Source: Flaccisagitta enflata (Eukaryota). From it: 64,000 nucleotides of DNA. The DNA lies in contig OZ231126.1 in NCBI GenBank assembly GCA_965153355.1, positions 9,734,001 through 9,798,000 of the forward strand, written 5' to 3'. Shown here in pieces: positions 23,101 to 37,054 of this stretch. Both the position numbers and the translations under genes were made by a program. Under the pieces are notes generated by a model. It was given only the letters and a program-made list of their open reading frames with translations, made no database searches and had not been told where the DNA came from. The stretch's first letter is position 1. Each line of letters starts with the position of its first letter.

Positions 23101-25227
23101 CATTTAGAGCCGCCATACAAAGTTTCATGCAAATCCGTTGAAAAATGACAAAGTTATGCACGTTTTTCACTCCTAGGCTAGTAGGGTTGTTGGGTGGTAG
23201 GCTGGTTTAGATAAATAGTGTGCGTATGTTGAGTTCTTCCATTTAGAGACTCCATACCAAGTTTCAACCAATTTGGTTGAAAAATATCCAATTTATGTAA
23301 GTTTTTACTTTTAGGCCGGTAAGCTGGTTGGGTGGTAGGTTGGTTTGGCCGGTTAGCATGCTCAAACATAAATAAATCACATACATGTGTTGAGTTCTTC
23401 CATTTAGAGATTCCATACCAAATTTCAACCAAATTGGTTGAAAACGCCAAAGATATGCACATTTATCACTTTTTCGTTGGTAGGCTGGTTGGGTGGTAGG
23501 CTGGTTTGACAGGATAAATAGTGGGCATATGTTGAGTTCTTCCATTTAGAGACCCCATACCAAGTTTCAACCAAATTAGTTGAAAAATAACAAAGTTAAG
23601 CAAGTTTTTCACTTTTAGGCCGGTTGGCTGGTTGGGTGGTAGGTCGGTTTGGCCGGTTAGCATGCTCAAATGCATATAAATCACATACACATGTTGAGTA
23701 TTCCATTTAGAGACTCCATACCAAATTTCAACCAAATCGGTTGAAAAATGCCAAAGTTATGCATGTTTTTCACTTTTAGGCCAGTAGGCTGGTTGGGTGG
23801 TAGGCTGGTTTGACAGGATAAATAGTGCGCATATGTTGAGTTCTTCCATTTAGAGACCCCATACCAAGTTTCAACCAAATTAGTAGAAAAATGCCAAAGT
23901 TATGCAAGTTTTTCACTTTTAGGCCGGTTGGCTGGTTGGGTGGTAGGTCGGTTTGGCCGGTTAGCATGCTCAAATGCATATAATCATATACATATGTTGA
24001 GTCCTTCCATTTAGAGACTCCATACCAAATTTCAGCCAAATTGGTTGAAAAATGCTAAAGTTATGCACATTTTTCTCTTTCAGGCCGGTAGGCTGGTTGG
24101 GCCGGTTGGGTTGGTCGGATCACAAAAATCGGATAGGATGTAAAGCGCCTTAACCTAGTACAACTTCCCACCAAATATGAACCAAATCGGTCAAAGCATA
24201 AAAAAGTTATCCATTTTTTAAAATCCGTGACGACGACAACGACGACAACGACAACAACGACAACGACGACGACACCCACCCGCCTTGAATTATAGTCCGC
24301 GTCGGAATGATATTCCGTCGCGGACAAAAATCAATTGTTGACCCGTTCCATCCCATCACTGCCTACAATGGCAAGTACGCATTACCTGTTGCATGGTGAC
24401 GTGATAGAACTTGGATGTCTGTTTGGTGAAGAGGATTTCCTGCATGGGTTTGTCTTCGTGAGTCCATCTGCCTTCGAGTCTGGCGCAGTAGAAGTCGTTG
24501 ACGACGACGACGTCTCCCACTTTGACTTTGGAGGAGAAGTCGTTGATGAAGTCATCGCCGACGACGTTGAGGGTGATGCGGCGAGGAGGTCCAGGAGCCA
24601 ACACGCTCCACTCATCCAACGTCAATGTCTGAACGCGAGATTCAGCGCCCTCGGGAACCTAAACACACGAAAAAGGGACCCCATGACGAGGGGTGGTTGA
24701 AAACGTCGATCATATATGATGCACGTGAACACTAGTCATTAGCCAAGAATCAACATCGTCACCTACCTAAACAATCGCTACTCCTGATCACTAGGATTTC
24801 CAGCAGTCACAATTCAATCACCACAGTCACACCGAGTCACATATTTCCAGGAATCACACAAAGCACTGGCGAAACAAGCCTCCTTCTTCAGAAGCCACAG
24901 TCATCAGCTTTCTCTTGAGCGCGATAATTCGTGACATATGATCAGTGAATAGGACATAATCCCGTAACGCGCGATCTTTATCTCGAGTCGCGTGGATTCA
25001 CACCCTCACATCTTAGTTTCGGACCCTCTCGCGCAGAGAAACACCCTGAAATCGCAGATTCGCACCTGAGCGGCGTATTTCTTGAAGACGGTGCCTTGGA
25101 CGTAGCGCGTTTTATAGTCGGCTTCCGCCTTCAAATACTTGAAGAGAACCGGGAAGCAGCCTTCAGGCAACTCGCGGCGAATCCGCTCTTGAATCGCCAC
25201 ACGATCCACCGTCGCTTTGTTCACCAT
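17159..25227 (-). CDS. POT1: Protection of telomeres 1-like multi-OB protein; 7 exons (25227-25066, 24658-24386, 22505-21295, 21133-20667, 20138-19289, 18933-18136, 17978-17159), about 1526 aa
   Basis: OB1 YTRVANL..VNLFGVVEF..LRCIAFA..LPRIEQRGDIIRMHRVKIQ; OB2 FVDIACQVV..LLRVWDGT..VDVVVWENH..LRSGTRFGRGVIIL; C-terminal LFCPKC and LSLKDSTGEL. All six introns are GT-AG, and the exons sum to 4581 nt = 1527 codons including the stop. Confidence 0.85.
23110..24330. mobile_element. Interspersed element with tandem 120-180 bp units and a terminal hairpin, in POT1 intron 2 (Helentron/DINE-like)
   Basis: Repeated GAGTTCTTCCATTTAGAGACTCCATACCAA and GGTTGGGTGGTAGG blocks; ends GTCCGCGTCGGAATGATATTCCGTCGCGGACAAAAA. 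Confidence 0.6.
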
Positions 25228-25906
25228 TGTTCAAGCGTATATCAGCTTATGTTTATCGCCGATGGAGCTGGTGCTAATCCAATCTGATAGTCCTAGCTCA
25301 TTTCACATTCATATTTAGTTCCTTTTCCCCCGCCGTTTCCCTATCTGGAGATTTCCCTCATCGTTCTTCGTAATTCCTGCGATTATCATAATTTAAAATC
25401 GTTGAGAAGATTTAAATAACTCTGAAACGCAAGTTGAATTTTTGAATTTGTAATTTTGTAAATAATAAAATGAAGCTTGAACGTTAAATCAACAACACAA
25501 AGTCAGTTTTTTTTCTTACTTGATCACAACAAAAATCACATAAGTATTGTCATTAGTGCAGGCACGGGGAGCGTGAAAAAGAAATGTCAATTGAAAGTAG
25601 AAACGAGTTGTTACTTTCCAATTGCGGTTTATCAAATATATGATAAAGACTTAGATCAATTGGATAATTTCGAATAAATTTGTAGCAGTAATCTTAACAC
25701 TGATCGATATGTGATCGTGAAGGCTTGATGTGAAGGTGAGGGTTGAGTATATCAAGTGATTGTAGTAGCGTGGGTTTATTTGTAGGATTTGGTCACAATC
25801 GGGTAGGGGTGTTCCAAGGGTGATTTTTACCCTTGTACGAATGTAAGCCGAGGTTTATTTACCCTTGTACGAATGTAAGCCGAATGTGAAGAATGTTCTT
25901 GTTCTC

Positions 25907-26100
25907 TATGATAGGTGGAACAATATCCCTCACTATACCCAAACAAAGATATGGAAGAGGGCCATGTGAGCCCTCACTGACTAGCTACTACGCGCATCAC
26001 TCCTATATGATAGGTGGAACAATATCCCTCGCTATACCGTAACTGAAGTAAATGGAAGAGGGCCTTGTGTACCCTCACTGACTAGTTAAACCGCGCACCA
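25907..26100 (+). repeat. Tandem pair of a ~100-bp interspersed repeat
   Basis: TATGATAGGTGGAACAATATCCCTC..GAAGAGGGCC..CCCTCACTGACTAG occurs twice; a third copy lies near 63670-63765. Confidence 0.8.
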
Positions 26101-27740
26101 CACACACACATTTACAAACAGTTGTCACTGAAGCGTTTTACGCAGCGGCGACGCTGCGGGAAACGCGTCTTGACATTTTTGCTTCTGTGTAGATGTTTTC
26201 CCAGAATTAAAGATGCTGTTTTCAGCTGCGTGAACGCAACTATTACAGGCCTTTTTTTAGTGATTAAATTGGCAGAGCCAACCGGGCTCTCTCCTCACAA
26301 TTTTACAGAGCCCGATTGCAAAACAGCGAGCCCGGCAAAAAAACAATACAGGATGGAAGACTACCCAAATTGTGAGTAGGCGGGCAGGGATGGTCAGGAA
26401 ATTCGCTAGAAAACATATGGGCAGGGAAATTGACATTAAAATCACTTGTAAAGGCAAAAAAAAAAGTCACCGACCTAGAGAGCAACAGATCAACTTATGA
26501 ATGGACGGACCTACATACAGACAGACCAACAGATGGATGACCGCCCAAAATAGTGGTTTAAAGAGTAGCGTGCAAACAACAAGAAAAAACTGAACATTTT
26601 GCTCCTATTTTGAAAATATATGAACCTCATGACACTGTCATCTTTCGACGGTAATTTTCCATCTCTCGCATAATTGAAATAAATCGGTTTTAAAGAAAGC
26701 AAAACTCATCACATGCCAACTTTTTATACCATCAGTATTAGACGTATTTACATGAACAAAATGCGATGCTTTTCTTGTTGATCAATTTACATATAATGAG
26801 GTGACTGAGGTAGAAGAACATTTCAGTGACTATATTCTTTAGAATTGAGCTTTCTTTGTATGATTTTGCGACAAAGTTCCAATTCATTTGAGTTGAAAAC
26901 ATGGTTTCAATTTTGAGACAGCCAGCCGGGCTCAGAGTCAGCGAAACCAGAGAGCCCGACAGCAAAAGAGAGAGCCGCGGGCTCGCTCTAAAACAAGGCC
27001 TGGTTGGCAACTAAACCTTGCTCTGTATGTCCGGCTGTCATTCCATTTCTCTGTCACACTTTTGATTTAATCAATCTGTCACACTTTTGATTTAATCAAT
27101 CTGTCACACTTTTGATTTAATCAATCTGTCACACTTTTAATTTAATCAAATTTATTTCTTTTAGACATGTTAAACTAAGTCGTTCCAAGTCATAGTCATT
27201 TTAGTTAATTTTGTCATTTAAGTAAATTTTGTAATTGATATCAATTAACGTCAATTAAGGTCATTCACAGTTAATCCAAATGCTTTTTACTCATTTGGGG
27301 ATATTCTTGTCATTCTAAGGTATTTTTCGTCATTTTTAGATGCGTCATTGCTTCTCTATAATAGGCTTTGTCCGTTGGTTCGTCGGTCGATAAAGCATTC
27401 ATTAAAAACGTCTAATCATAAATAAGCTATTTAACACCTCGGATTTTGACAAGGCCGAATACACCGCTACTGAAGTCACATGCGAGTGGGAAGGGGTGGT
27501 GATAATCTAGTCATCCAAGGATCGCACATGGTCAGCGGTACCCGATGCCCTGCTGGAAGTGATCCAGTAAAGAAGTGGAGTGAGAGCAACGGCTCCAAAG
27601 GGCCGATGTCCTGTAGAACACCGGTGAATTTCGAGTCGCCCGACAGAAAACTCTCGATTTTCCCACTCTCTCTTGCTCGCGCTTGCACGCTCGTTTGTGT
27701 GTGTATGTGTGTGTGTGTGTGTTTGTGTGTGAGAGTGTGT

Positions 27741-27969
<229 letters not shown>

Positions 27970-28515
27970 ATCGACAGAAGAACATTTATTTTTCGAAATT
28001 GTTCCTGATAAATCAGCAAAATCAACTTGATTTAAGTGACAAAACCTTCGGAAGTATACTCGGCATTTAGCTAAAACATTTGTACAATCCGAAACAAGGG
28101 CCAAAACAAGAACATTTGTTGTTGTTTGCCCTCCAAGCCGAGCCCTTGGAACAACCCTACAATCGGGCATATCATTCGACAAGGTCAATCAGGTTAGGTC
28201 AGTCCAAATACTCGCTCGTTGCGTATGTTTACGATGATCGTTGCAATGTTTACACAGATGTCACCAGTAGTGTGAAGTTACAAATCTCAAATGCGGTATC
28301 ACAACGTCTTTAAGTCACCACGTTGACATCACAACAATCACTTAGCGAGAAAAGTGTCATACAGTTGCGGTGATCGTGTTTGAGTGGCCCACTTATCATC
28401 GGAAGAGAAACAGCGCGAGACAGATAAGTCGCGACATTATGCTAATTCTTGAAGCGTAAACTGAATAGACACGGGTTATAGCCGATCAAAGGCTAAATCC
28501 CGTATCGAAGGAAGA

Positions 28516-29409
28516 TCATATCAAGAACCACTTATTCCTGGTTGAGACGGCTTCTCTGCGAACGAGTCGCTTTTTGTCGTCGAGACATTTGCCCAATTCT
28601 CTCACGACAGTTTGTTTGTGTGGCATTAAAAGTGAGGGCGCCAATCCTCCCACCGGCGACGCCGTTAAGCCGTTGGGTGTGGAAGAGTCAGGGGCAGACG
28701 ACGCTGAGGAGACCATGGAACCTAGACAGCGTAAAGCGTGGGAACGAGCCTCCATCGAGGGTGATGCCTGATAGGAGTTAAATATAAAGCTTCTGTGATG
28801 ACCAATTATCACTTAATATCTGGCAAATGAAATTAATTCGCACGGTCAATCATTTGAAATCATTCAGAATTCATCCATTGATTCATTCATCCATTAATTC
28901 ATTCATTCATTCATTCATTCATTCATTCATTCATTCATTCATTCATTCATTCATTCATTCATGTCAATCCTTCCGCTAACATCTAACGGATGTAAGCGCA
29001 GCGGTCAAAACTACCGAGTTTCGATCATCGATAAATGAGCTCAGCTTTGATCTATGAATCCGACAAATTGTGTTAAGTCGATCAAACGACCGATCAATGA
29101 GGAAAGAGGGAAAGTGAATCGACAGAATATCCCTCACTCCAGTTTGCTAATAGGCGACTAACGAAGGTCGATCGGCGATTACCTTTGCGATTTGGACGAG
29201 CTTGGGAATGACGGCATCAGTATGAGAAGCCAAAGCCAGTGGAGACTCTTTCAGCAACAACTCCAAGCATGAGATCACAGACTTGTGTAACACAGCATCG
29301 TCGCCTGATAGGGACTGTAATGGGAAGTGAAATGGCAGTTATGTGAGAGACAGGAAGAAAGACAGACAAAGAAAGGCAGAAAGAAAGACAGAAAGAGAGA
29401 AAGAAAGAG

Positions 29410-29440
<31 letters not shown>

Positions 29441-29501
29441 GAGAAAGAGAGAAAGAGAGAAAGAGAGAAAGAAAGAAAGAAAGAAAGAGAAAAAGAAAGG
29501 C

Positions 29502-29583
<82 letters not shown>

Positions 29584-32500
29584 GCAAAAGAAAGAAAGAA
29601 CAAGGCCAAGTAGGCCAATAAGGTGCTACGTGTGGATCGTCTAACGAATGCGTTACCCAACCAACCAACCAACGGACACAGCCAGTTATAGAGGTGCTTT
29701 GTCGCACCTAAAAAGAAAGGCAGAAAAAAAGAAAGACAAATACACGAAGAAAGGAAAAGAGAGATAGAGAGAAAGAAAGACTGAGAAAGACTAGGAAGAA
29801 AAGGCTGAGAAAGATCGAAAGAAACTTAAAACTGTAATGAGATTGGAAAATGGAAATGACAAGTTCGGTTCAAAAAGGTCTCACCTTGACCAGAACCGGT
29901 AAAATACTCGGCAATTCCGATAGCAAAGCCTGTTGCGGCAAATAAGGAAGCATGGACGCGAGGGCATTGAGACGATGTTGCTCGCTCCTCTTCAAATCCT
30001 CCTCCTTCATTCTTCCTCTTCCTCCTCCATCTTCCTCATCATCGCCGTCTCTCTTCTTGGCGATCAAAGAAGGCACGGTTTGCAGGAAGAATCTTTGCTT
30101 GTACATTTTGCGAGAGATGGCGTGTTGGCGCACTGTGAAGACGTCTACGGCTTCAGCGAGAATCGTCACGAACCCGACGCGACTAATCATCGTTGACACG
30201 TCTTCGAGTTCGTTGGGTGTTGTCGTTGTTATTGATTTTGTTGTTTCTGTATTTGTTGGTGTTGCCGTTGTTAATTCTGATACTGTTGTTGTTGTTGTTG
30301 GCGTACTTTGCGCTGACGCTCCCTTTTTCTCCGATCTGCTTAACCACTGAATAAGCTGAGTAGTGAATTGTTTGGAGGCTCGATGACTACGAATGACGAG
30401 AGCCTTCGTGATCCAAATCCAAAGTCGAACTCCGTTTATGCAAATGAGATCATCATTATTATCATCATTGTCATCAGTTTCCATCGCCGAGTCGTCGGCT
30501 TCGTTCCCGGCGTCATTTCCGTTCTGACTCGGCCTCCTCGGCGCCGCGATGACGACGTCGACGATCTTGTCCAACGCCGCAGTCAAAGCGGCGTCGTTGT
30601 CAATTTTGTTGACGACGGCGGCGCTCAATTTGGCGGCGTCGATGGCGAGAGCGGCGTCTGTCTGCGGCGCCGCTGCCAGGCGGAAGACGGCGTCCAGGAA
30701 TTCGGAATCGGAAACGTGAATTTGATTTCCGCGCGGAAGCGAAGCGCCGATCGCCAGCAGAAGCGGGAACAAATCCCGACGGAAAATGTCACCAGGTGCT
30801 TCACCCAACATATGATGGCCCAATAAACCTGAGAACGAAAAATCGTCTTATTTTTGTTGTCATTTTTCTTCTTTCAAGTTAGCTATCATTAGTTGTCAGT
30901 GAGTAGGCAAATTTGGAGTAAAAAGGCTTTGAGCATTCAGAGACAGATTCGGTTTTTTACGTGGCAACATCTTAAGTTTTCCGTGCAATTTTTTCCAATA
31001 ATTCTGTTGTTTCACTGAGTATGCTGCAACTTTACCGATGCGAGATCAATACCATTGGTCATTTAACCGGTTTTCAATTAATTTAGGGAGTATAAAGCAT
31101 GCATAACACTTTAATTTTGCCACATTTCCGCTGCATAGCACAGTAAAGAACGATTTGTCAAATTTGGCGCTGTTCTGCACCACGACTTAACACTTACCAT
31201 GTGCCGTTAAAAACTCCTTTTTGTTAAAAACTGTCTTGTAAAGTTAATAAAAAGACCTTTTTAACGCTTTAAAACATCTAACAGAATGTTAAAAAGGTTT
31301 TTAACACACTTTTTAACAAAATGTTAAAAACCTTTTTAACTGGGTGTTAAAAACCTTTTTAACAAGTTAAAAACCTTTTTAACACGTTGTTAAAACAGTT
31401 TTTAACATGCTGTTAAAAACCTTTTTAACAAGCTGGTAAAAACCTTTTTAACAAGTTAAGAACCTTTTTAACAGGTTGGTAAAACAATTTTCAACACGCT
31501 GTTAAAAATCTGTTTAACAAGCTGCTAAAAACCTTTTTAACAAGCTATAAAAAAACTTTTTAACATGACTGTTGAATAAAAACAGTTTTAAACCTCTCAA
31601 AACGCCTTTAAAAACCTGTTTAACCACCATTTTTTACAGGGACCCTAGCTTTTTAACAGTTTTTAACAAGTCCCTGAAATAAAAGAGGGTCCCCGCTGTT
31701 AAAAACTGTTAAAAACCCGTTAAAAAATTTTTTAACGTTTGCCCCTCTGATTAAAGTTAAATGCGTGTTTACCTTTTGTTTCATTCCATTCGGCTATAGC
31801 CTCGTCTTGGTTCATGATTTCGACGACTTTCCTGATAAGCGCCGCTGCCCGTCTCACCACTTCCGGTCGGCGCAACCAAACAGTCGACTCCCAATCGTCG
31901 ATGAAAATAGACTTCACGCGCGGCAAAACCTGAACAGATGGTTCAGAGTGGGCAAAGCTAAGATGATATTTCGTTGTTTATCTTGGCGTCATATAGTTGT
32001 ATCCATTTCGGATACCGGTTCAGAAAGGAGTGTCTTGCGAGAGGGCAGGGGCAGCTATGAAATAGCAGGGGGCAGGGGCAATCATGTGGAGGGAGGGGGC
32101 AATCATGTGGAGGGCGTGGACAGTAATGTGGGTCAGCAGGGGCAGCAATGCTCGGCGACCCCGATTTCGGCCGACTTCGCGTCATCCCAAATGACACCCT
32201 CTTGTAGTCGTTCACCAGGCGACAATGAAAACCAACTTACTTTGTCCTTCAAGACTCGTTGATTGGCCGGATTGGAATCGATTCCTTTTTCGGCCAAACT
32301 GTCGAGACATTCCAAGAGGATGAGGCCGAGACAGGCGCCAGAGGAGGAAGAAGAGGAAGAGGAAACGGAAGAGGAAACGGAGGAGGAGGCGCCCTGTGTC
32401 TCGATGGCGGTCAAAAGTTTATCGGTGGCCAAAGCGAATCCTTGCGGCGTCACGCAACAACGACTCAACAACGAAGACAAATGAACAATGTTCACTGAAG

Positions 32501-35500
32501 GAGGACAACCTAGAGGGAGGAGGAAGAAAAAACCCAATAGTTAAGAATGGAAGAAGCCGAAATGAAGCTTAGAATGACAATATTTAGAGAGGGCAAGGAA
32601 GGAACATTTCGACTGTCCAATGAATTCACAGAGAAAGAGAAACGGCCATTCAGCTCAATTGTACAATGTTCACTAGTGCACTTACTTCTATCGCCGTCCA
32701 CTTGCATCGATCCGCCATCGAGTCCATTTCGCGACACCACCTCCGTCAAATGGTTCATCAGCAGCGGTAAAACCTGTCGCGATAAAGTTAAAACAACAAC
32801 GAACAATGTAACTGAACGGTGCTTTTTTACTGGACTGAAGTTGAGACTTGCATGAAATTTTCCCAAATCAAGTTATGAAAGAGGGACAATATCAATACTC
32901 AGCCCCTAACGTATCAGGATGACAGGCTTCGGAGCTCTCTATGATGTTAAATCCGGACCTATCAGAACTACCCTTCAACTTTCTTTAAAAACAATACCGC
33001 ACTGAGAATTATCATAGGATCTTAGCACATGGTAGCCTGACGCGCAATGAAGTAGTAAATCAACAGCATTAACATATTTACCTGAGCGTCGAAAATGCTT
33101 TCATCACTCATACCGCCTCCATCACCACCGCCACCGGCATCGATTTTTCCACTGCCACCGCCTACGCCACCAACGGGAATGAACGCCAATTTCCTGATGG
33201 CATCCGAGGCTCGACTTCGCACTTGCGGACTGGCGTGGAATACCGCGAGAGACACGATGGGCAAAACCGTTTTGGCGCGTGAATGTTCATCGCCGACGGC
33301 ATCGGGAAGACGCAGCCAACACTCGGCCAAGGATAAACCCAACAAACAAAGACGCTCGTCGCATTCGCCGGATAACGAAGCAGCCAGGATCTGATAAATG
33401 GAGTATACGATGCAAAAGATCGTGGTCTAAAGCATATGTCAAGTAGTCATAGATTTAGACAAAGATATACATCATGCAATAAAGTACACAATCCATTGAC
33501 AAATCCACGTACAGTTGAATCCCGCTCAAACGGACCCGCTTTTAACGATATTCCGCCCATAATAAATACCGATTCTTAGTCTTTGTTTATTTTCTTTATT
33601 GGCTGTAACAGAATTCTGTTAATAGCAAATAAAATTTTTTGATCCCCTGAAATCCGTTGGAGCGGGATTTAACTGTAACTGTATGTACTTTAACTGTATG
33701 TCGGGAGTCATGACCTAAACACGCACTCGCAAATCCTGGCATCTAAACATTTCCCACCTCCGCCACTGGTTCTCTAATGTCAACTAGTTCTCCCGACTCC
33801 TCTTGAAATCCTTGAAAAGTCGCCGTCAACTTGGACATCTTCGCCGTCGTGTCTTTGTTAGAGTCGCTTTTGTTGGCATCGGAAGGAGAAGGGAGAGATC
33901 GAGGAGGAACTTCCTCGATCGTGATGTCCGACAAAGCCAATGAAGGAACAGATGGCTCAGGTCCGTCTTTTAATGACATAAGTGAGATGGAGCCAGGAGG
34001 CGGAAAAAAGGAATCAGGTTAAGTTAGTTTAATGATAGGTGTAGGTTAAGGAAAGAATCCATGAATCCATGAATGCGTTTCGACGGACTGTTGCACCGGT
34101 AATAGGGGGAGGTGAGGTAAAATGGGTCTCCAACTTTATTCAGCCCTTGCATTAGTTTCAGGAAAATTTCTGTTTTAATCCAAAACTAGACACACTAAAA
34201 TATTCTTATCTTCCAAACTTGACTCATCTTATCCCAGGCGACCCACTTACCCCACACCCTTCATCTCAAAACATCTCAAAACTCAAGGTCGAATTGCATC
34301 TCACATCCACTTTATTTCCTCATTCTTACCACGAAGGGGGAGACTATTCTGATTGTCCACCAAAGTGGGTAGCGGGCTTACGTGATCGCACAACACGGTT
34401 AGGAAATTGGCGACGACTTCCACGATGGGACATCGAGAGTTCAATTGAGGACTCATCATAAATTGACGGTGAAGACTTGGAAAACAAGTTTGAATCACGC
34501 GAACAGTCACGAATAGCGAGCCTGTGGAATACGGAGGAGGGCGTGTAGTTGGGACTTGTGAGGTTATGGACTTAAAGATGGAAGTGTCTACGGAAATATT
34601 GAAGAGAAAGGCAATTTAGGGCCGAAATTACCTTTACAGAAGGCGATTAAGAATCTGGAGGCGGAATACATGAGACGATGCTGAGGTTCGTTCAAGTTCA
34701 CTCCGCACTCTTTCATGATCAAGGCAGTGAAGTGAGGAAGCAACTCGGGGAAGTCGTTACTAGATCGATCGTCTGGATGACAAAATTGGTAGGATGAAAT
34801 GGAGGAGGGAGGAAAGGAGGTAGAGGGAAATGAAGCGGGAGAAGAAAAGGAGAGAGATCAGAGAAGCGCGGGAAGAAGAAGAAGAAGAAGAAAGAGAGGA
34901 GAGAAAAGTGGTGAAAGTATGATAGGTGGAGGAAGTGGGAGAAGCGGAGGAGGAAGAGGCGGGGAGAGGTGAGGAGGAAGAAGTGGAGCAAGAAAAGGAG
35001 AAAGCTCAAGAGGAGTGATTATGGAAGAAACAGAGAAGAGAGCAAAAGAGGAATAAGAAAATCATGAAGGAGAACACAAGATTAAATGAGGAGATAACAG
35101 AAAACATAAGAGATATCAATGAAAAGAGAGAGTAAAACTACGGCCAAAACAGCAACTGTCAAATAAAGTTGGGTGGACATAAACAAATCACAAAAACAGC
35201 CCAACTCTTTAAAAACAACTTTTCTACCGGCGATGGTTCTAGCGAGCGCTGTAGCGGCTTCCTCGACGGCCTTCTGGACGGCATCGGAGGTGGTGGCGAA
35301 CATTTCTCTGCGCATGTCGTTGACGAGCAGCTCGAGATGTTCGCGAAGGCCTTTTGCGCCGAAAACGGCGGCGCCAGCGCTTAAGGTTTTTAACGCGTCA
35401 ACCTTGGCGCTGGTGGAAACAGAATGAGATTGGAGGTGAAGTTGTAAAGATGATAAAAGAGAGGTACAACGTAACCTACACAGCTTCCATGATGAAGGAT

Positions 35501-37054
35501 AACCAAATTGAAAGGCGTACAGACCTGGAAACGGAAATTCAGACAAACTCACCTATGAAGGTTCACATAAAGACACACACCTGGCTAAATCCGAGGATAA
35601 CTTTTCAATGAGCAGCGGTAGACAATATTGAGCGAACATCGGCGAAGCGATCATGGCTTTCTTCAACCCATCCACGAGTTTGTCTCGTGTGATTCCAAAA
35701 GGATCATTCTTAGGAGGATTGAAGTCGATCGGGAAATAACAAGCCACAACTTCGAAGGCGTCCTCGGCGAAGGTCGCCAAGGGGAATGTCTGGGAGATCT
35801 TCTCCGATAATTGGAAACATATCACCAAGTTACGGGGGTCCTGAGGCAGGGAAGATAAAAGAGAAAGGAAATGCGGTGATTCAAGCCCCTTGCGAAATAA
35901 TGTAAGGAATCTGTCGTCTGTGATGGTTCATACATCACATGATCAATGCGAGTCCCTAGACGCCCAAGAAGATGGCCTCAATTTTGATGTGGCCCAGTTA
36001 TGTTCTTTTGCAAAGCGGCTAATTCTGTTCCGTGCATTTGTTTTCCCTCTTTCCTTCTCATGTTCACCTTTTCCCCGTCCATGATTTGAATGAATCCATG
36101 TACGAAATTGGGTCCAAGTTGAGTTTGGATGGCAGGCAGATGGTTGGCCAATAAATTACGGAAAATGACATAAACGGAAAATCGATCAATTTGGGCCAAA
36201 GATTGAACGTCCAAATGCTCGAAGATGGACCGAAGTAAAGACAAACAATCATCCACCGACAGCCTGGTTACAGTGAGGAATAAGAGGAAGGGATTGAAAA
36301 TCCAAAAGGGCAATTTGTATTAGGCATGACGGTAAACTCATGGTATGTAAATGCGTGTCAAAATTGATCACCATTGCATCGCAACAACCCCGAAATCAGG
36401 GGAAGACGCGATATTTCTTCGGTAAAGTAGTGCGACGGACAAACATGCGAACGGTTTATTAGTTAGGCCAATTCTAATCAATCCATCAAGAGTCTGATTG
36501 TGTACAACCCTTACCGCGTGGACGCCGACAGCGCTCTCAATCCAAGCAAAGCGGCAGGCGCGACTAAATGGTGATCTTGAATTCGGGCCAAAAGGAATTG
36601 GAACAAATGCTTGATTTCTCCGTCCACGAGAGTCGCGTCGATCGCCAGTCGACCCAAAGTCAAGGACAACAGACGAACCGACTTGGAACGCACCAAAGGA
36701 TCCTTCGTGGAAATCGTAGGACCCAACGCCTCGATGAACTCCAAAAGCTTGATCTTCCCTGATTGGGAAAGGAGGAAGCTGCTATGTATGAAAAGCTGCA
36801 TGCACCTAAAACAATCGCAGCTGTGGCATCTTCAATGCAAATTTTCAATTCTCTATGAACGTACCCGAGGCGATGGGTGAGACGATTTCATCAACTGTCA
36901 CTTCGATGGTATTGTTTTTAACATCATTCGCGTTTGTCGTTGCCGCCACCGTGGGAGTGACGGCGGCGGCTGCAGCGGTCGTGAAAGAAGCGTCTCTTTG
37001 ATATTTCTCAATGTCAGCCGCCAACTTCGTCCGTAACTCTTCTTCATCCTCCAT
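28516..37054 (-). CDS. MMS19: MMS19 cytosolic Fe-S assembly component (HEAT repeats), multi-exon
   Basis: KLLEFIEALG..., VQSLAQIDRFSVY, GFIQIMDGEK|DPRNL, EDAFEVVACYFPIDF..PKNDPFGITR, LPLLIEKLSS, MYKQRFF, and C-terminal PHKQTVVRELGKCLDDKKRLVRREAVSTRNKWFLI followed by stop. Confidence 0.95.
31204..31749. mobile_element. MITE-like remnant of GTTAAAAA/TTTTTAAC repeats in an MMS19 intron
   Basis: Same design as the 14841 element; one end reads ...AACGTTTGCCCCTCTG, the other end is unclear. Confidence 0.5.
33512..33675. mobile_element. Tc1/mariner (pogo/Tigger-like) MITE
   Basis: TA|CAGTTGAATCCCGCTCAAACGGA ... TCCGTTGGAGCGGGATTTAACTG|TA. Confidence 0.8.

Noticed and set aside
26125-26175. GC-rich stem-loop as a possible RNA gene
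   Set aside because: Too short; no tRNA cloverleaf, Sm site or other family motif recognised.
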